A stretch of 64,000 bases of DNA, from assembly GCF_009914755.1 (NCBI RefSeq), contig NC_060944.1, one strand, 5' to 3'. The stretch comes from the human T2T-CHM13v2.0 reference genome, Homo sapiens. How positions within the stretch are numbered: the stretch's first letter is position 1; every line of letters starts with the position of its first letter. This document shows positions 1 to 13,365 of the stretch, piece by piece. A program made the translations under genes and the position numbers. Under the pieces are notes generated by a model. The model saw only the letters and a list, made by a program, of their open reading frames with translations, ran no database searches and was not told the origin of the DNA.

Positions 1-1074
1 AGCAACAACAGGAATTACTTGCTACAGTGATTCCAAAAGGGCAGCCCAGAGAGAATACTGAGAACCAAAGACATGTATTCTCATTCATCTTTGTCCAAAC
101 AAATTAAATATGTTATTGATTTTTAAAAGTCCCTGCATGAATGGTTGAAAAGTAATTGGTTTTGTATGTTTTAATATGAAAACAATATTTTTAAAAATTG
201 CTTCCTGGATTTGTAGGGTTTTTAAATTTTGTGATTTTTTTTTTTCCTTTTTCATTCTGTAGAGTAGAATACTGCATGCTTTTAACTGGTGGGGGAAAAG
301 CTCTTTATTAGTCTTTTCATTAGTCTATATCTGTTGTGTTCCATTGTGTTTAATTTCAATTAATCTGGATTCATTTAAGTAATATTCCATTATAGGTTCA
401 ATGCATGTATATTTTTTTTAACTTAAGAAATGGGGAACATTTTTTGGTCAATTTTAAGTAACTCTGCATTAAAGCTAAGAAAACCCACTTAACGTGGTTT
501 ACTCTGGAAGTCTCCTTGAAGAAGAAGCTGTTCTTTTTTATTTTGTTAGGTTTTGTGTTTACCTTTCCCAATCTCGCCTTGGATTTTCCACGGCTGGTTT
601 AGCAAGACTTGCTTTGGTCCTGACAGCTCAAGTCTTTCAGTGCTTCTGAGGACGCAGGGCATATTTCTTCTTTGCTTCCAGTTTCACTACTCAATAAATT
701 TGTGGAGTCACCAAGCAGTCATCTGTGTAGTTTGATAAGGCAGAAAATGATGATTTCTCTATTATTTTGCTTAGAAGGATGAGAAACTAGATTAATCAAC
801 GTCTGTTGGAAATGCCTCTTTATAGAAAAGACTGGCTTCTTTCATCAGAGTCATGATCTGTGGCTCATATGCAGACACATTAGATGGTTTTCCAGGGGAC
901 AGGAGCAGACGATCAAACTCTGAATTTTAAGTCTGTCATTAGATGACGTGAGGTAAACTTTAGTCAACCTTTATTATGGTTAGGAGGGTGGTGGGGGCCA
1001 GCAGGCCTCCATGGAGTTCACCCATCTCATTCTCTGGGGCATCAGGGAAATCGTGCAATGTCTGTAAGAGTTAG

Positions 1075-1520
1075 GAGAATGGTGTGGGTTACCATTCTTG
1101 GTAGAAAGAGACTAAAACCCAGCTCAAAAAGGTTTAAGCACAAAAGGGAATTTGTTTGCTCATGTGATGAAAGAGCCCAGGGTAGCTCCAGCTGGATCCA
1201 GGGATGTAAACAATGTGACCAGGTCTCTGTTGATCCCTCTTCAAATCAGAGTAGACGTTCCTTTGGGTTGCCTTCATCCCTAGGCACATGGTGGCCTCAT
1301 GGCCCTGGCTTATATTATACCTACTTTCTGTTCAAAATCCCATCATCAGTGTGGGTCTTATGCCTGGCCCCGAACCTTCTACTTGGCCAGGTGGGTGGAA
1401 TATGCTCACTCCAAGAGATGAAAAGGAGTGGTCATAAGTCACCCAGCTTATATTGAGGAGGGATGTTCTCTAAAGGAGAACTGAGGTGGGGCATGGCTGC
1501 TGAACACACAGCACAGATGT
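1075..1520. mobile_element. Old ERVL/MaLR-type LTR fragment (LTR33/MLT1-like)
   Basis: Motif aaacccagctcaaaaaggtttaagcacaaaagggaatttgtttgctcatgtga is typical of these LTRs. Confidence 0.45.
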
Positions 1521-3439
1521 CGATCACAACCTGACCTGCTTCCTAATGGGTAGAGGTGCTCAGTGAGTTGCTTGGCCAGCAAGCTGCCTTCTCCATGTTT
1601 TGTGCTACAAGTGATGTTGGTAGTGGATGCTGTTGGTGTCCTGTCTAGAACCCCTCTCCACCAGGCCAGGCCTCCACCCATTCCCATCTTTTTCTTACCC
1701 CTCCCTGCTTCCCTTATTCCCTCCACATTTTTCTTGAGAGTACCCCTTTAATAAAGCACTTTCACAAGAGCCCAAGTTATATGTAAATCATGAAATGCAG
1801 CTCTTTCTCGTTCATGCCCGATATAAGGCTATCACCTATTTTCTCAACACAAAGACTGAAAATTTTGGGGCCAACCCGAAATATATAAAGATGTAGAAGA
1901 AAAAGGCAAATTTCTACTGTAGTTTATTAATCTAGTTGCCTCTGTCCCTTTAAATCATGTGTTACATAAAATCTTAGTTTGGGGACATTATGTTTTCTGC
2001 TCACATTTTGCAAAGCAATTCTAGCTGAACTTGTAGCATGCATCTTTGATAATGTCTTTGTCATCATCACCAGAGCCACTTGTTTGAGTCATCTAATGGA
2101 GTTTTCAGAGTGTAGCATTTCACTTTCATCCCAGCTCTTTGAGATTTAGTCCTTTTAGAATCCAAGTACAATGTCATAATAGAAATCTATCCATAGCCAT
2201 AAGCACCCATTCACCTGACATTAGGACAGTCACTTTCATTTCTCCCGTAGGTGCCTATTTGCAATTTCCAGCAAATAAACATGTTCTCTTTTACTTTTTA
2301 AATCAGTCTTTAAGAGACTTGTTTACAATAGCATCCAGTGCTCGCTTATAATTGTATCCCAAATGCTCAAGAATAATGACTAAATTTGTGTTAAAGGTTC
2401 CCCTTCCGTCACCTTTTTCTAAACCAATTTTCTCAGATGATGTCTATAAGTGACCCAGACCAGCACTGAATGGCGTCATTTCAGGCTAATGTATCTTCCC
2501 AAACAGTATTATGTAATTCAAAATGAAGTAATTGAGAGAGTTCTCTGTAAAATGGGAGCCTTTGTATGAATTTGATTTTTAAGGGAACTATTTTCTGAGA
2601 TAAATTTTGGAGGAAAAATCTCTTACACTGAGACATATCTGCTCCTTAGTGTCATAGGTGCTCTGAGATCTCATTAGAGGGATTGAAATGGGACCAACTC
2701 CACTTGCTTGACTCAGATGTAACATTTGGAAAGTAAAATAACATTTGGCTGGATATGGAGAAATGCCTTCTTTATTTTAATACAAACAGAAGTAGAAAAA
2801 GACCTAGTATCTAATTGGAGGATCCAGTCATACAGGGATATTTGGGAGCAACTCTATCTTCTCATGCATTATTTTAAACAAGCATTTGTTTTAACTTTCA
2901 TTGTTTTGAATACCCTCAAACTTCAGTTATATTGATTCCTCATCCATATTATAATTGGTTTCCATTGTCTTATATTATGTAATAAGAATAGTAGTAGGAA
3001 TAGTCTTAGCTAACACCATCATAAACACCTCAGTGGGGTTTATGTTTCTGATGGATCAGTCACTATTATGGGCCCATTTTTTTTCTCTTTTTGAAAAAAA
3101 TACAAGCGCCATAATGATAGTCACTTTAAAGATGAAAAAACATGCATAGAGAAGTTAAGTGACTTTACTGGAGGTTACAGGAAAAGCAAGAGCTATGAAT
3201 CTAGGAAGTTTGACTCCAGACCCTTGTTAGGAAACACTGGGCTTTCCATTTCAACCACATAGGTTATAGTGATAATTGCAAATAAATATTCAGAAAAAAT
3301 TTTCATAAAAATATGCATATTAATCATCATAAATATATAACATATGCATGTTATATATCAAAGGGACCATAGGCATATTTGTAACACAGCAGTATCTGCT
3401 TTCTATCAAATGTATGTTTACCTGTGATGTAAGTTAGAT

Positions 3440-4830
3440 ATTGTTGTGTAGCAAACCACGCTAAAACTCAGTGTCTCGTGGCAACATGTGTTTATTACTG
3501 CTCATGGATCTCTGAGTCACCTAGGTATTGGCTGGTTTGAGCCAGGCTCAGCTGATCTTGCTGGGTTTGCTCATTCATCTGTGGAGCCAGCTGGGGGAAA
3601 TGCTGGCAGGTTGATGGGAAATTGGCTGGTCTAGGATGGCCTCACTCACAGACATGGAAGTTAGTTGGCTGCTGACAGCCAACTAACTTCCATGCTGCCA
3701 ACCAACTTCCATGCTGCCAACCAACTTCCATGCTGCCAACCAACTTCCATACTTGTGAGTGATGCCATTCTAGACCAGCCAGTGGGTGTAGAAGACCAGC
3801 CAATGGGAACATCCTAGGCCTAGTGAGGCCATCCTAGACCAGCCAACGGGGGTGAAAGAACTTTATGTCTTCCATCCTCCCACGAAGGCTGGGCATGGTG
3901 ACAGAGAGAGGAGAGAGAGAGGGCAAGCGAGTGAGCACAGCAGCACAAAGGGCTCTTTAAAAAGTGATATATATTAGTTGCACATTTTTTGCAGTCCATG
4001 TGATATTTTGATACCTGCATACAATGTGTAATGACCAAGTCAGGGAAATTGGGATTTCCATCACCTCAAATGTTTATCTTTTCTTTGTGTTGGGAACATT
4101 ATAAATCTTCTAGCTATTTTGAAATATACAGTAAATTGTCATGTAATTTGAATTTCATTACTGTACTATCAAATACTAGATTTTATTCTTTCTGACTATA
4201 TTTTTTGTACGCCTTCACAAGTTTTTCTTTATCTGCCCCTCTCCTTCCCTTCCCAGCCTCTGTTAACCACCATTCTACTCTCTACCTCTGTGAGATCTAC
4301 TTCTTTAGTCTCACGTGAGTGAGAACATGTGATGTTTTTCTTTCTGTGCCTGACTTATTTCACTTAACATAATGACCTCCAGTTCTATCCATGTGGCTGC
4401 AAATGATAGAATTGTATTCCTTTTTAATGGCTGAATAATATTCCATTGTGTATACATACCACATTTTCTTTATCCATTCATCCAGGTATGGGCTCTTAGG
4501 TTGATTCCACATCTTGGCTGTTGTGAATAGCGTGGCAGTAAACATGGGAGTGCAACTATCTCTTTGGTATAATGATTTCCCTTCTTTTGGCTAAACACCT
4601 AGCAGTGCAAGGCCCTTGAGACCTAGATTGGGAACTGGCATGGCATCACCTCTGTTGCATTCTGCTGGCCAAGGAGAGTCACAAGACCAGCTGAGATCTG
4701 AGGCATGGGAAAATCAGCCCCACCTCCTGATGGTCCTGATGGGAGACCCTGAAAATCACATTGCATAGGGCATGAATACGGGGAGTGGTGAAGAATGGAA
4801 GCTCTTTTTCCCCAAGCAGTCAACCATACC
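3440..4830. mobile_element. MLT1 (MaLR) LTR split by an L1 insertion (pieces ~3440-3955 and ~4605-4830)
   Basis: MLT1-like motifs caaaccac..aaaactcagt..tttatt..gctcatgga and catcacctctgttgcattctgctggccaa..gtcacaag..cccacctcctgatgg. Confidence 0.6.
3960..4604 (-). mobile_element. L1MA-type 3' end fragment
   Basis: ORF 4360..4545(-) MFTATLFTTAKMWNQPKSP..DEWIKKMWYVYTMEYYSAIKK matches the L1 ORF2 C-terminus; adjacent 3' UTR sequence is present. Confidence 0.9.
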
Positions 4831-4879
4831 TTCTACTTTAGGCATGTGTAGCAATTTAGAACACATTTGCTAGAAACTT

Positions 4880-5320
4880 TTAATAAACAAGTGATTTATT
4901 TTTCCATATAACAAGGCGTCTGGGTATAGGTGGTCTGGTTACTATAGCTGGTCCAGGATATTACCATTGACCTAGGACCTTTCTCTGTTCCTGCCCCACC
5001 CACCCCTACTCTTTTCATTTAATTTTTTGGGTGGCATGATCGCAGCAGCAGGGTGAGGCACCATGCTTGTGTTTCAGGCAGGGGGGAAGGAAAGAACCTG
5101 AAGCCCTAAGGGGTATGCCTTTCAAAAGCTCTCTGGAGGGCTTCCAGCAATTCCTCTGTACAGCTCATTGTCTAGAACTGGGTCACAAGACTAGCCTGGC
5201 TTTGGGGAATGCTGGAGAAAGAATATTCTAGAGGGGCACTAAACATCACTGGAGTCTTACTGGTGAGAAAGAAAGGGGAGAATGAGGGTAGGTTGACATC
5301 TCACAGTGTCTTCCCCCAGC
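4880..5320. mobile_element. MLT1J/K-like MaLR LTR
   Basis: ctcattgtctagaactgggtcaca..gctggagaaagaata motifs. Confidence 0.5.
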
Positions 5321-5436
5321 ATGTAATACTAGTTTTCCATCTGAGACAATAATATAAAATTAATTTTTAAAATAATCTTATTTAAGTGAAAAAAGGAATT
5401 CATTAAACACTTGAATGTAATTACTAGTCTAAATCA

Positions 5437-5930
<494 letters not shown>

Positions 5931-6109
5931 CCAGATAATTTGCAGATATAACAAAACAATGAAGGCTTAATATTTGGTGGTTGACAGACATAGCAAATTT
6001 ACCAAGGAGATATGGGGATAGCCAAAGTTTAGGAACTAGGCTAAAGTTTAGAGCTCACACTGTAACCTTTCACATTACCATGGTATTAAGTACAATACAG
6101 TTTTGGCAC

Positions 6110-6590
6110 TCTCATGAAGACTGAAAATGCCAATGAGTTTAAATAGATACATAAAGTTTGTTTCTCTCACAAATAACCACCGGGTGAGAGCAGTCTGGGT
6201 CTATTATGGAAGCTCCATTGTGTGCTGGAGGCCAGGTTTCTTCTGTCCTGTTCCTCTGCTCTCTTCACCATAGGTTTTCCCCTTATTTTTTTGTGGTCAA
6301 GGATGGCTGCTCCAGCTCCTGCCGTTAGATCGGCATTCCAGCTGAAAGAAAGAAGAAAAGAGGAAGGAGAGAGTACCTACTTCCCTGTAAGGACATGCGG
6401 TGGATATTGCATGTATCACTGCCTCTCATATCGCTTTAGCCAGAAATGAGTTACCCGGTCATACTTAGCTGTAAGGAAACCTGGGAAATGTAGTTTTCAG
6501 CAGAACAACAATGTACTGTAGCTGGAAAATAGGTTCTTATTACTGAGGAAAAGGATCAGAAATAGGCAACTTGCATGCTCTGCCACATGA
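6110..6590. mobile_element. MLT1J-like MaLR LTR
   Basis: caaggatggctgctccagctcc..cattccag..ttagctgtaaggaaacctgggaaatgtagtttt. Confidence 0.6.
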
Positions 6591-8270
6591 GCTAGAGATC
6601 TAGATAAGGTGAAAGTCCACATGTGTTTTTCCTTAGAAAGACTAATTTCAGTTTGTCTTCATGCCAGAATGACATTTTCCAGGCACCACTTTCAGGCTAA
6701 GATTTCCCTTATGCTTCAACCATTAGTCTCTCGAGGCAGTAGTAAAATCTTATTCATTATTGTGCTCCCCAGCACGGTGTAAAAAGTCAAGTTAAAAAAA
6801 AATGACAGACTTTTAAATTCTAGTTAGAGAAGAACGTCTTTTTGCTTGTTTGTCTGAAGAAAGTAAGTGATACTGTTTCAAGAGTCTTATGCCTAAGCAC
6901 CCATGTTCCATGTTCATGTTTATGAGCCTGGAGATGCACACTGCTCTCAATTTCTTCCGCTTTCAAACATTTCTGTTTGAAACCTCTCTGCACTTTCTCC
7001 CCACTGTCCGCCCCTTGCCGTTTGTAAAAGAAGGAGCAAGGTCTCCCCTTTGTCAAGGCAGCTATGGGTGCTGCACCTGGGGAGGTTAGTTTTCTTCCTT
7101 GTCACTTCCAGTCAGTTATGGCTGCTTTTCCACTATTGCCCACTGAAGAATTCTCAAATTATATGGTGAGCTACGGTAATAACAGAAGTAAAAACACCTT
7201 GCTGTGATTTACACAGAACAAGGCGTGAGAGATTGTCACCACTGCATGAAGTGTCCCATTATTTGTATATATTTTGCTGTTCCTTCCCAGTGGACCCCAC
7301 TGATCACTGAGGGAGATCTTATGGATAGACCCGTACACCCTTCCAGAAAGTTAATAGTGTATGTAACGAGAGAAGAGAAACTCTGGCACAAGGAATACAC
7401 AAACCTGGGTTGGCTCTCACTTTCCGTTACAGCAACACTCCCTGCTGAAACAGGGCTGAAATGTATGGACACCTTTAATCCATTTCTTCTTGGAAATACC
7501 TTCAAAATTCATATTTAGCTTTTAAAGGGAACTACCTTTTTAAAGAAGAAAAAAACCGCTTGATAAGTGCAAACTGACATTAAATGGAGTTTAAAAAATG
7601 ATCAGGGTTTTAAAATATGATTATAATCAGTGAGAATAGTGGAGCAGAGTCAAATCATTATTGATCTCGCTCATGGGGGTAGGAGGAAAGAACTGCTGTG
7701 AATTAATCAGAAAAGGAGATTTTCCGTAAAGCCTGTCCATCTGTGAATTCTCCCCAGAGTCCGCCTCAGCCCTGGGACCCCCGAGACACTGGGCACTTAG
7801 TTAACCCTTTGATAGACCTTCCAACAGGATCTACAATCATATTAAAGGAGAAAACATCTCTGTGCAGGGATTGTATTTGAGATTTTGAAGTGGAAAAATA
7901 GTCAATGGTATAAGTTTTGGAGTCAGACTAGTTTTCATTCATTAATTTCAGTAGCTATCTCATGAGCATCTATTTTGTACCCCACACAGTGTTTTAGGTG
8001 TTGGAAAAACTGATGATCATGGCAGATGACTCTTGGAGCTGATATCCCAGCTAGTGGGAGATGAGCCACGGACCACAGATGAGTGAATCAGATAACAACA
8101 TACAATGATGTCATAAAGACAGCACTAACAGGAATAACAGCCCCACATTTTTGGAGCACTACGTTTCAGATCCTAAACTCGGTGCTTGTAGTATCAACTC
8201 ATTTAACTTTCTCCATCTTTGTTGCAGGAAGTTCTGGGATTCCTCTCATTTTATAGGTGAGGACCCTGAG

Positions 8271-8272
<2 letters not shown>

Positions 8273-8325
<53 letters not shown>

Positions 8326-8362
8326 GAGAGAGAGACAGACAGAGACAGAGACAGACAGACAG
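8273..8362. repeat. (CA)n/(GA)n/(GACAGA)n compound microsatellite inside a MIR
   Basis: Seen directly. The flanks cattttataggtgaggaccctgaggca and gacttgccccaggttaca form the MIR core. Confidence 0.95.
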
Positions 8363-9574
8363 ACTTGCCCCAGGTTACATGGCTTGGTGTTGGCAGAGGC
8401 AGGATTTAAACCCAGCAACTGGCTCTGAGGTCCAGGTTCTTAGCGGTTGCATTGTTACCTGCCTCTGCATGAAGTTGAGAGTCATCATTGTTTTTACAAC
8501 CCAGAGGCTCAGGAGCTGTTGTCTCTTCCCTTCCCATTCAGTACTGGGCACAGGACAGTGGCTGGCGCAGTGAGCTCACCCAAATCATGGCCAAGGTGCA
8601 CCATTTTGGCCTAGGTTCTTCTCCCAACATTTGCCTTTGGGTCCCTCCTGGTGTGGTGGGGGAAAAAATCTGAGTAGCAAGAACACAGGTGGCCTGAGAA
8701 TGAAGGGGAACTCAATAGGGTCTGTTTCCCCACTGGACAATAGTAAAGCCAAAACGCAAAGCAAATGACAGACCAACAAACACACACAAGAAAAAACCTC
8801 AGTCTTATCAGGAAACAGCAAAGAATTGAGATTCTGTGAAAGCCAAAGCCTCCATAAATGATTATTTCAGTGGAAGGAGAGTAAACAAGTGGCCATCCAA
8901 CCTCTTCTCCATCCAAAATACCTTGCATTCAATAAATATGGAAGTATCATGTCCCCTTTAGGGGACTGTGGCCATTTGAAAGTTTTATTTTTCAGACCTA
9001 CATCACTCCTCTGCTTTATCCCAAACACATGACAGGAATCAGGACAAGAACCTTAAAGAATTTTCTCAAGCCCTCTCTAATTTTCTTGGGGATCAGAGCT
9101 AACAACTCTGATCTGACAATTGCATGCCTGCTGTTGAGGAGTTGATCCTAGGGTGGGTCACGCATGCATGTGCACACAGGCATGCAGCCACCCTCATCCC
9201 CACCTACTCGAAAGGAATAGAAGAGAAAACAACCCCGATGGGCCATCCTCTCCTGTCTGCTTCTTCTACTTCTGATGATGAGCAGCTTTTTCTACTATGG
9301 GCTTTTAGGTTCCTTTCTAAGAAGAGAAGTCAGCCAGGGCTCATGGTGGGCCACCTTGGGGTAGCCACAGAACGTAGAGGGGTGCAGTGCTGTTGGCAGG
9401 TGGGGCTTGTCTTTAAGGAACAGCCTCACCTTGCTGCACATGCTTTCATGAGAGTTTCATTCCTTGGTTCTTCCTGTCTTTGCAGAGTTGTTGGATTGGT
9501 TGTCATGGTTGGTATTAAGAACTGCTTCATAATAAGCAATAAACATCTTCCAAACTAGAGTTTAAAACAATATC

Positions 9575-9720
9575 CAGGGCCATCTTGATGGGTGTGTGAC
9601 CAAGGTCCCATGCTCAGTTTGATGCTCCCCTGTTGTGGGCCTGAAATTCTTAATAATGTTGAGTAAAGGCCCTCCATTTTCATTTGCATTGGGCTCTGCC
9701 CGTTAGATAGTTTGTCCTGA
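9575..9720. mobile_element. MER91-like hAT-Tip100 element
   Basis: cttgaaattcttaataat-like motif and ccattttcatttgcattgggc. Confidence 0.5.
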
Positions 9721-10039
9721 CAGTACAATACCCCAAATACTGTTAAAGAAAGTGGCTTGAAATGAGAGAACTGAAAAAATAATGTGTTGATTTCACGGCC
9801 TATCAGGGAAGGAATGATACCCTGACGGTAACATCCTAGAGGAAGAGCTGTATTGTCCAAGTCCCAGAGAATAAGGGAGACAGTGTAGACTTCCAGAAGG
9901 GTTTTAGAGACAGTCTAGGTTTTGAGACACTCAAAGTGACAGAAGTGAAAGATCCCCCCTGCAAACACAAATCCCTTCCCCAAGAGAAAGGAGTTTTCAT
10001 GATCCTTTGAAGAGCACCTAAGGAATTGGGCAGTTGTTG

Positions 10040-10580
10040 TTTTTAATAAACTTTTAATTTCATAACAGTTTTAAATGTACAGAAAAGTTGTAAAGATACT
10101 ACAGGGAAGTCCCATAAACTCTGCACCTAGTTTCCCCTATTATTAACATCTTATATTCGTATGGCACATTTTTTACAATTAATGACCCATTAACTATTGA
10201 CCCATTATTGTTACCTAAATTCACCGTTTGTTGAGATTCCCCTGGTTTTTCCCTAATGCCCTCTTCTTGCCATTCAGGGTCCCGCATGACATTTTGTCAT
10301 CGTGGCTCCTAAGGCTCCTTTCAGCCCCGGCTCTCAGTCACTGTCCTTATTTTTATGGCATTTTGGAGGACTGGTCAGGTGCCTTGTAGGATGTCCCTCT
10401 ACTGGGATAGGTCTGATATTTTCCTCATGATGAGTCTGGGGCTGTGGGTGTTGAGGAGGAAGACCACAGGGATGAAGTGCCATTTTCATCGTGCCACAGC
10501 CAGGGTCCCCGCTGCCAACATGATGTTTCCCTGTTGTGATGCTGACCTCGAGCACCCGGCCACAGTCATTTTCTGCTTCT
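10040..10580 (-). mobile_element. L1MC-type 3' end fragment
   Basis: tacagaaaagttgtaaagatactacag..cctagtttcccctattattaacatctta; gtaggatgtccctc..gatattttcctcatga. Confidence 0.7.
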
Positions 10581-11723
10581 CTTGGGAGACTTTTGACCCA
10601 CAGGGGTTCTGCTTTTCTCTGCCAAAAGTATCTGGTACCTGCCTCATCTCTCTGCTGCTGCATGCGTTTCCTTTCGTTGTAACCTCTGCTCCCTGCCCCC
10701 GGGAGTTTCCCCACTCACCCCACTTATGTTTCCTGTGATGCAGGGTGCAATTAGTGTTTCCAGAGCAGAGTTAACCTAGGCCCTTATCAGAGCTGCTGTG
10801 TGAGACTAAGTTCATTATAGTCTTTACCCAAACCAGAACTTTATTGGAGACATAAATTACTTTTATTTTCATTGAAAATATTTGAGATGAACTATGTTAG
10901 AATCCTCGCTGAGAAAATATACCCTGGACCTATAATCAGTGGAGAGGTGCTACCTATAAAAAAAAGAAAAAAGAACCGTAGGGTAGACTTTTGCACTGAC
11001 ACCTATTTTATATTTTATTATTTGCCCTGTACTATTTCGTCAACTTCCATCCCCTCTCCTGGTATTTATTAGCAGATGGGCATAGCTTTCTCCCCCTCAG
11101 AGAACCTTCAAAAGAGTGAAGCACATGGCAGATTCTCTCCCAGTGAGCAAAAGGCCAGCTGATGCTCAGTGCTGAAAGACAGACAGCCTTGGGTCCTCAC
11201 ATGTAGGGGAGAAATATTTCCAAGGTAAATAGACTAATAATTTTTAAGATAGAATTTTTGAAGGTTGCTTTTGCATAGTGAGGTTAAAAATGTCTCAGAC
11301 AGGAAGGATAGAGGATACCAATTTTTCACCCTGGACCTCTGTCAGTCCCTTGCCTTCTGTTGATGTACTGTGGCCTCCCAAGTGTGTTTGACATCCTCGT
11401 AAATTCATTCTTCCTTCCTGTTCTGTTCGAGATCCCTCCAAAGTCAGGAGACACTGGTGATGTGGCTGCATCTTTCTCTGCCTCTGTGCAGCCAGGTGAG
11501 GAACAAAAAGCACAGGATGTCTGTCCATCCCTGCCTAGCCAACGAGTCTCTTGGGCCAAACATGCCCTTTTGTCCTCTTATATTTCATCTCTCTCCTCTC
11601 CCAGGTACAGAGGACAAATGAATATAGAAGGGTCTTCCTGGCTTGCTTGATTTCTCCCTTTGAAGAGCTTTCACCTTAAGGGCCGATTCCTCTCCTCTGC
11701 ATGAGGGGCCATTTTCTTTTATC

Positions 11724-11967
11724 CTTTTTTTGTTTTTGTTTTTTGTTTTTTTGAGACAGAGTCTCACTGTGTTGCCCACTCTGGAGTGCAGTGGTGCAGT
11801 CTATAGGCATGCACCACCACGCTTGGCTAGTTTTTTGCTTTTTTTTTTTTTTTTTCAGAGGTGGGGTTGCACCATGTTGTCCAGTCTGGTCTCTAACTCT
11901 TGGGCTCAAGTGATCCCCCTTCCCAAAGTGCTGGGATTGCAGGCATGAACCACCCACCATGCCTGGC
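11724..11967 (-). mobile_element. Old Alu (AluJ-like) with internal deletions
   Basis: Antisense Alu; the right arm jumps from gcagtggtgcagtc to tataggcatgcacc. Confidence 0.88.
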
Positions 11968-12550
11968 TTAGGGCCATTTTCTTATGAGCCCTTTGCCTTC
12001 AAGTGGATGACAAAGATGTTTTTTGTGGAAAAAAGTCAACTCCTGCCCTTCTCTGAAGTCCATGCTATTGACAACTTTAATAATAAAAGCCAAAGTTTAT
12101 GCTCTTTTTCTCCCCCATCCCAGCTTAAGACAAGAAGAAAAAGATTTTCCCCCCGTTTTTTTCTTCCTTTTAAAATTGAGGGAGAAGTTATGAGCATAAC
12201 AAAACTCTCATCTAGAAAATGTTCCCGAACCTGCAATTACTGGAGTGTGGCCACCTCATCCGGAACTCCAGGACGCATTTCCACATAATGTCCCTTTTAA
12301 AGGTTATTATCTACATCATGCCATTTCTGTTGCCCTCATCTTTTCCCAGTCTCATTTCTTAGAGGCTACCTAAGGTTTCTCACCCAGAAAGAACCTTCAT
12401 AATAATGAACTATACCTAATAAGCCTTTCCTAGTTAGGGGGCCATTTGGGGAAGAAAATGGATAGAGTGGGAGAAGTACTTTTGAGATGAGATGGACTAA
12501 TGATTTTTCAAAGTAGATTTTTAGAAGGTTATTTTTCATGGTGGTAATAA

Positions 12551-12903
<353 letters not shown>

Positions 12904-13197
12904 GAGCTTTGTCTGCTGAGTTTCGGGAGCTCATGGAAGTTATTCTCCTTTGAGGGCTGTCAGGGCCATTTCCATGCTTGGGATATTTGTGAGGTGCTCC
13001 CCCCATGAAGATGTCTTTATTGATGATAATTACTCATCCCAAAACATAGCCCGCAGCCATCCTTGGATGTACAGCTTGTAGTGCTGTAGTGCCTGGAGCT
13101 GGGAGGAGGTGCTGACTGCCAGGACTGACGTCTTCAGACTGATTCGTCTAAGCTCGGCCAGCCCCTGCCCTGCTTCCTCTTCCACCTCCCTAAAGTT

Positions 13198-13365
13198 GGA
13201 TGGCCAGATTTTGCAAATAAAAATACAGAACTCCCAGAATACGTAATTTTTTTTTAGCATAAGTATGTCCTGAACATTGCATAAGACATATTTATGCTAA
13301 AAATGATTTGTTGTTCACCTGAAACTCATATGGAACCAGTCATCCATATTTTATCTGCCAACCCT
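13198..13365. mobile_element. MER53 palindromic DNA transposon
   Basis: gccagattttgcaaataaaaatacag...tttttagcataagtatgtcc...gacatatttatgctaaaaa...tattttatctgccaaccct matches the MER53 consensus layout. Confidence 0.85.

Noticed and set aside
3676-3750. Regular 19-bp repeats as a possible CRISPR-like array
   Set aside because: No spacers, eukaryotic LTR context and no cas genes.
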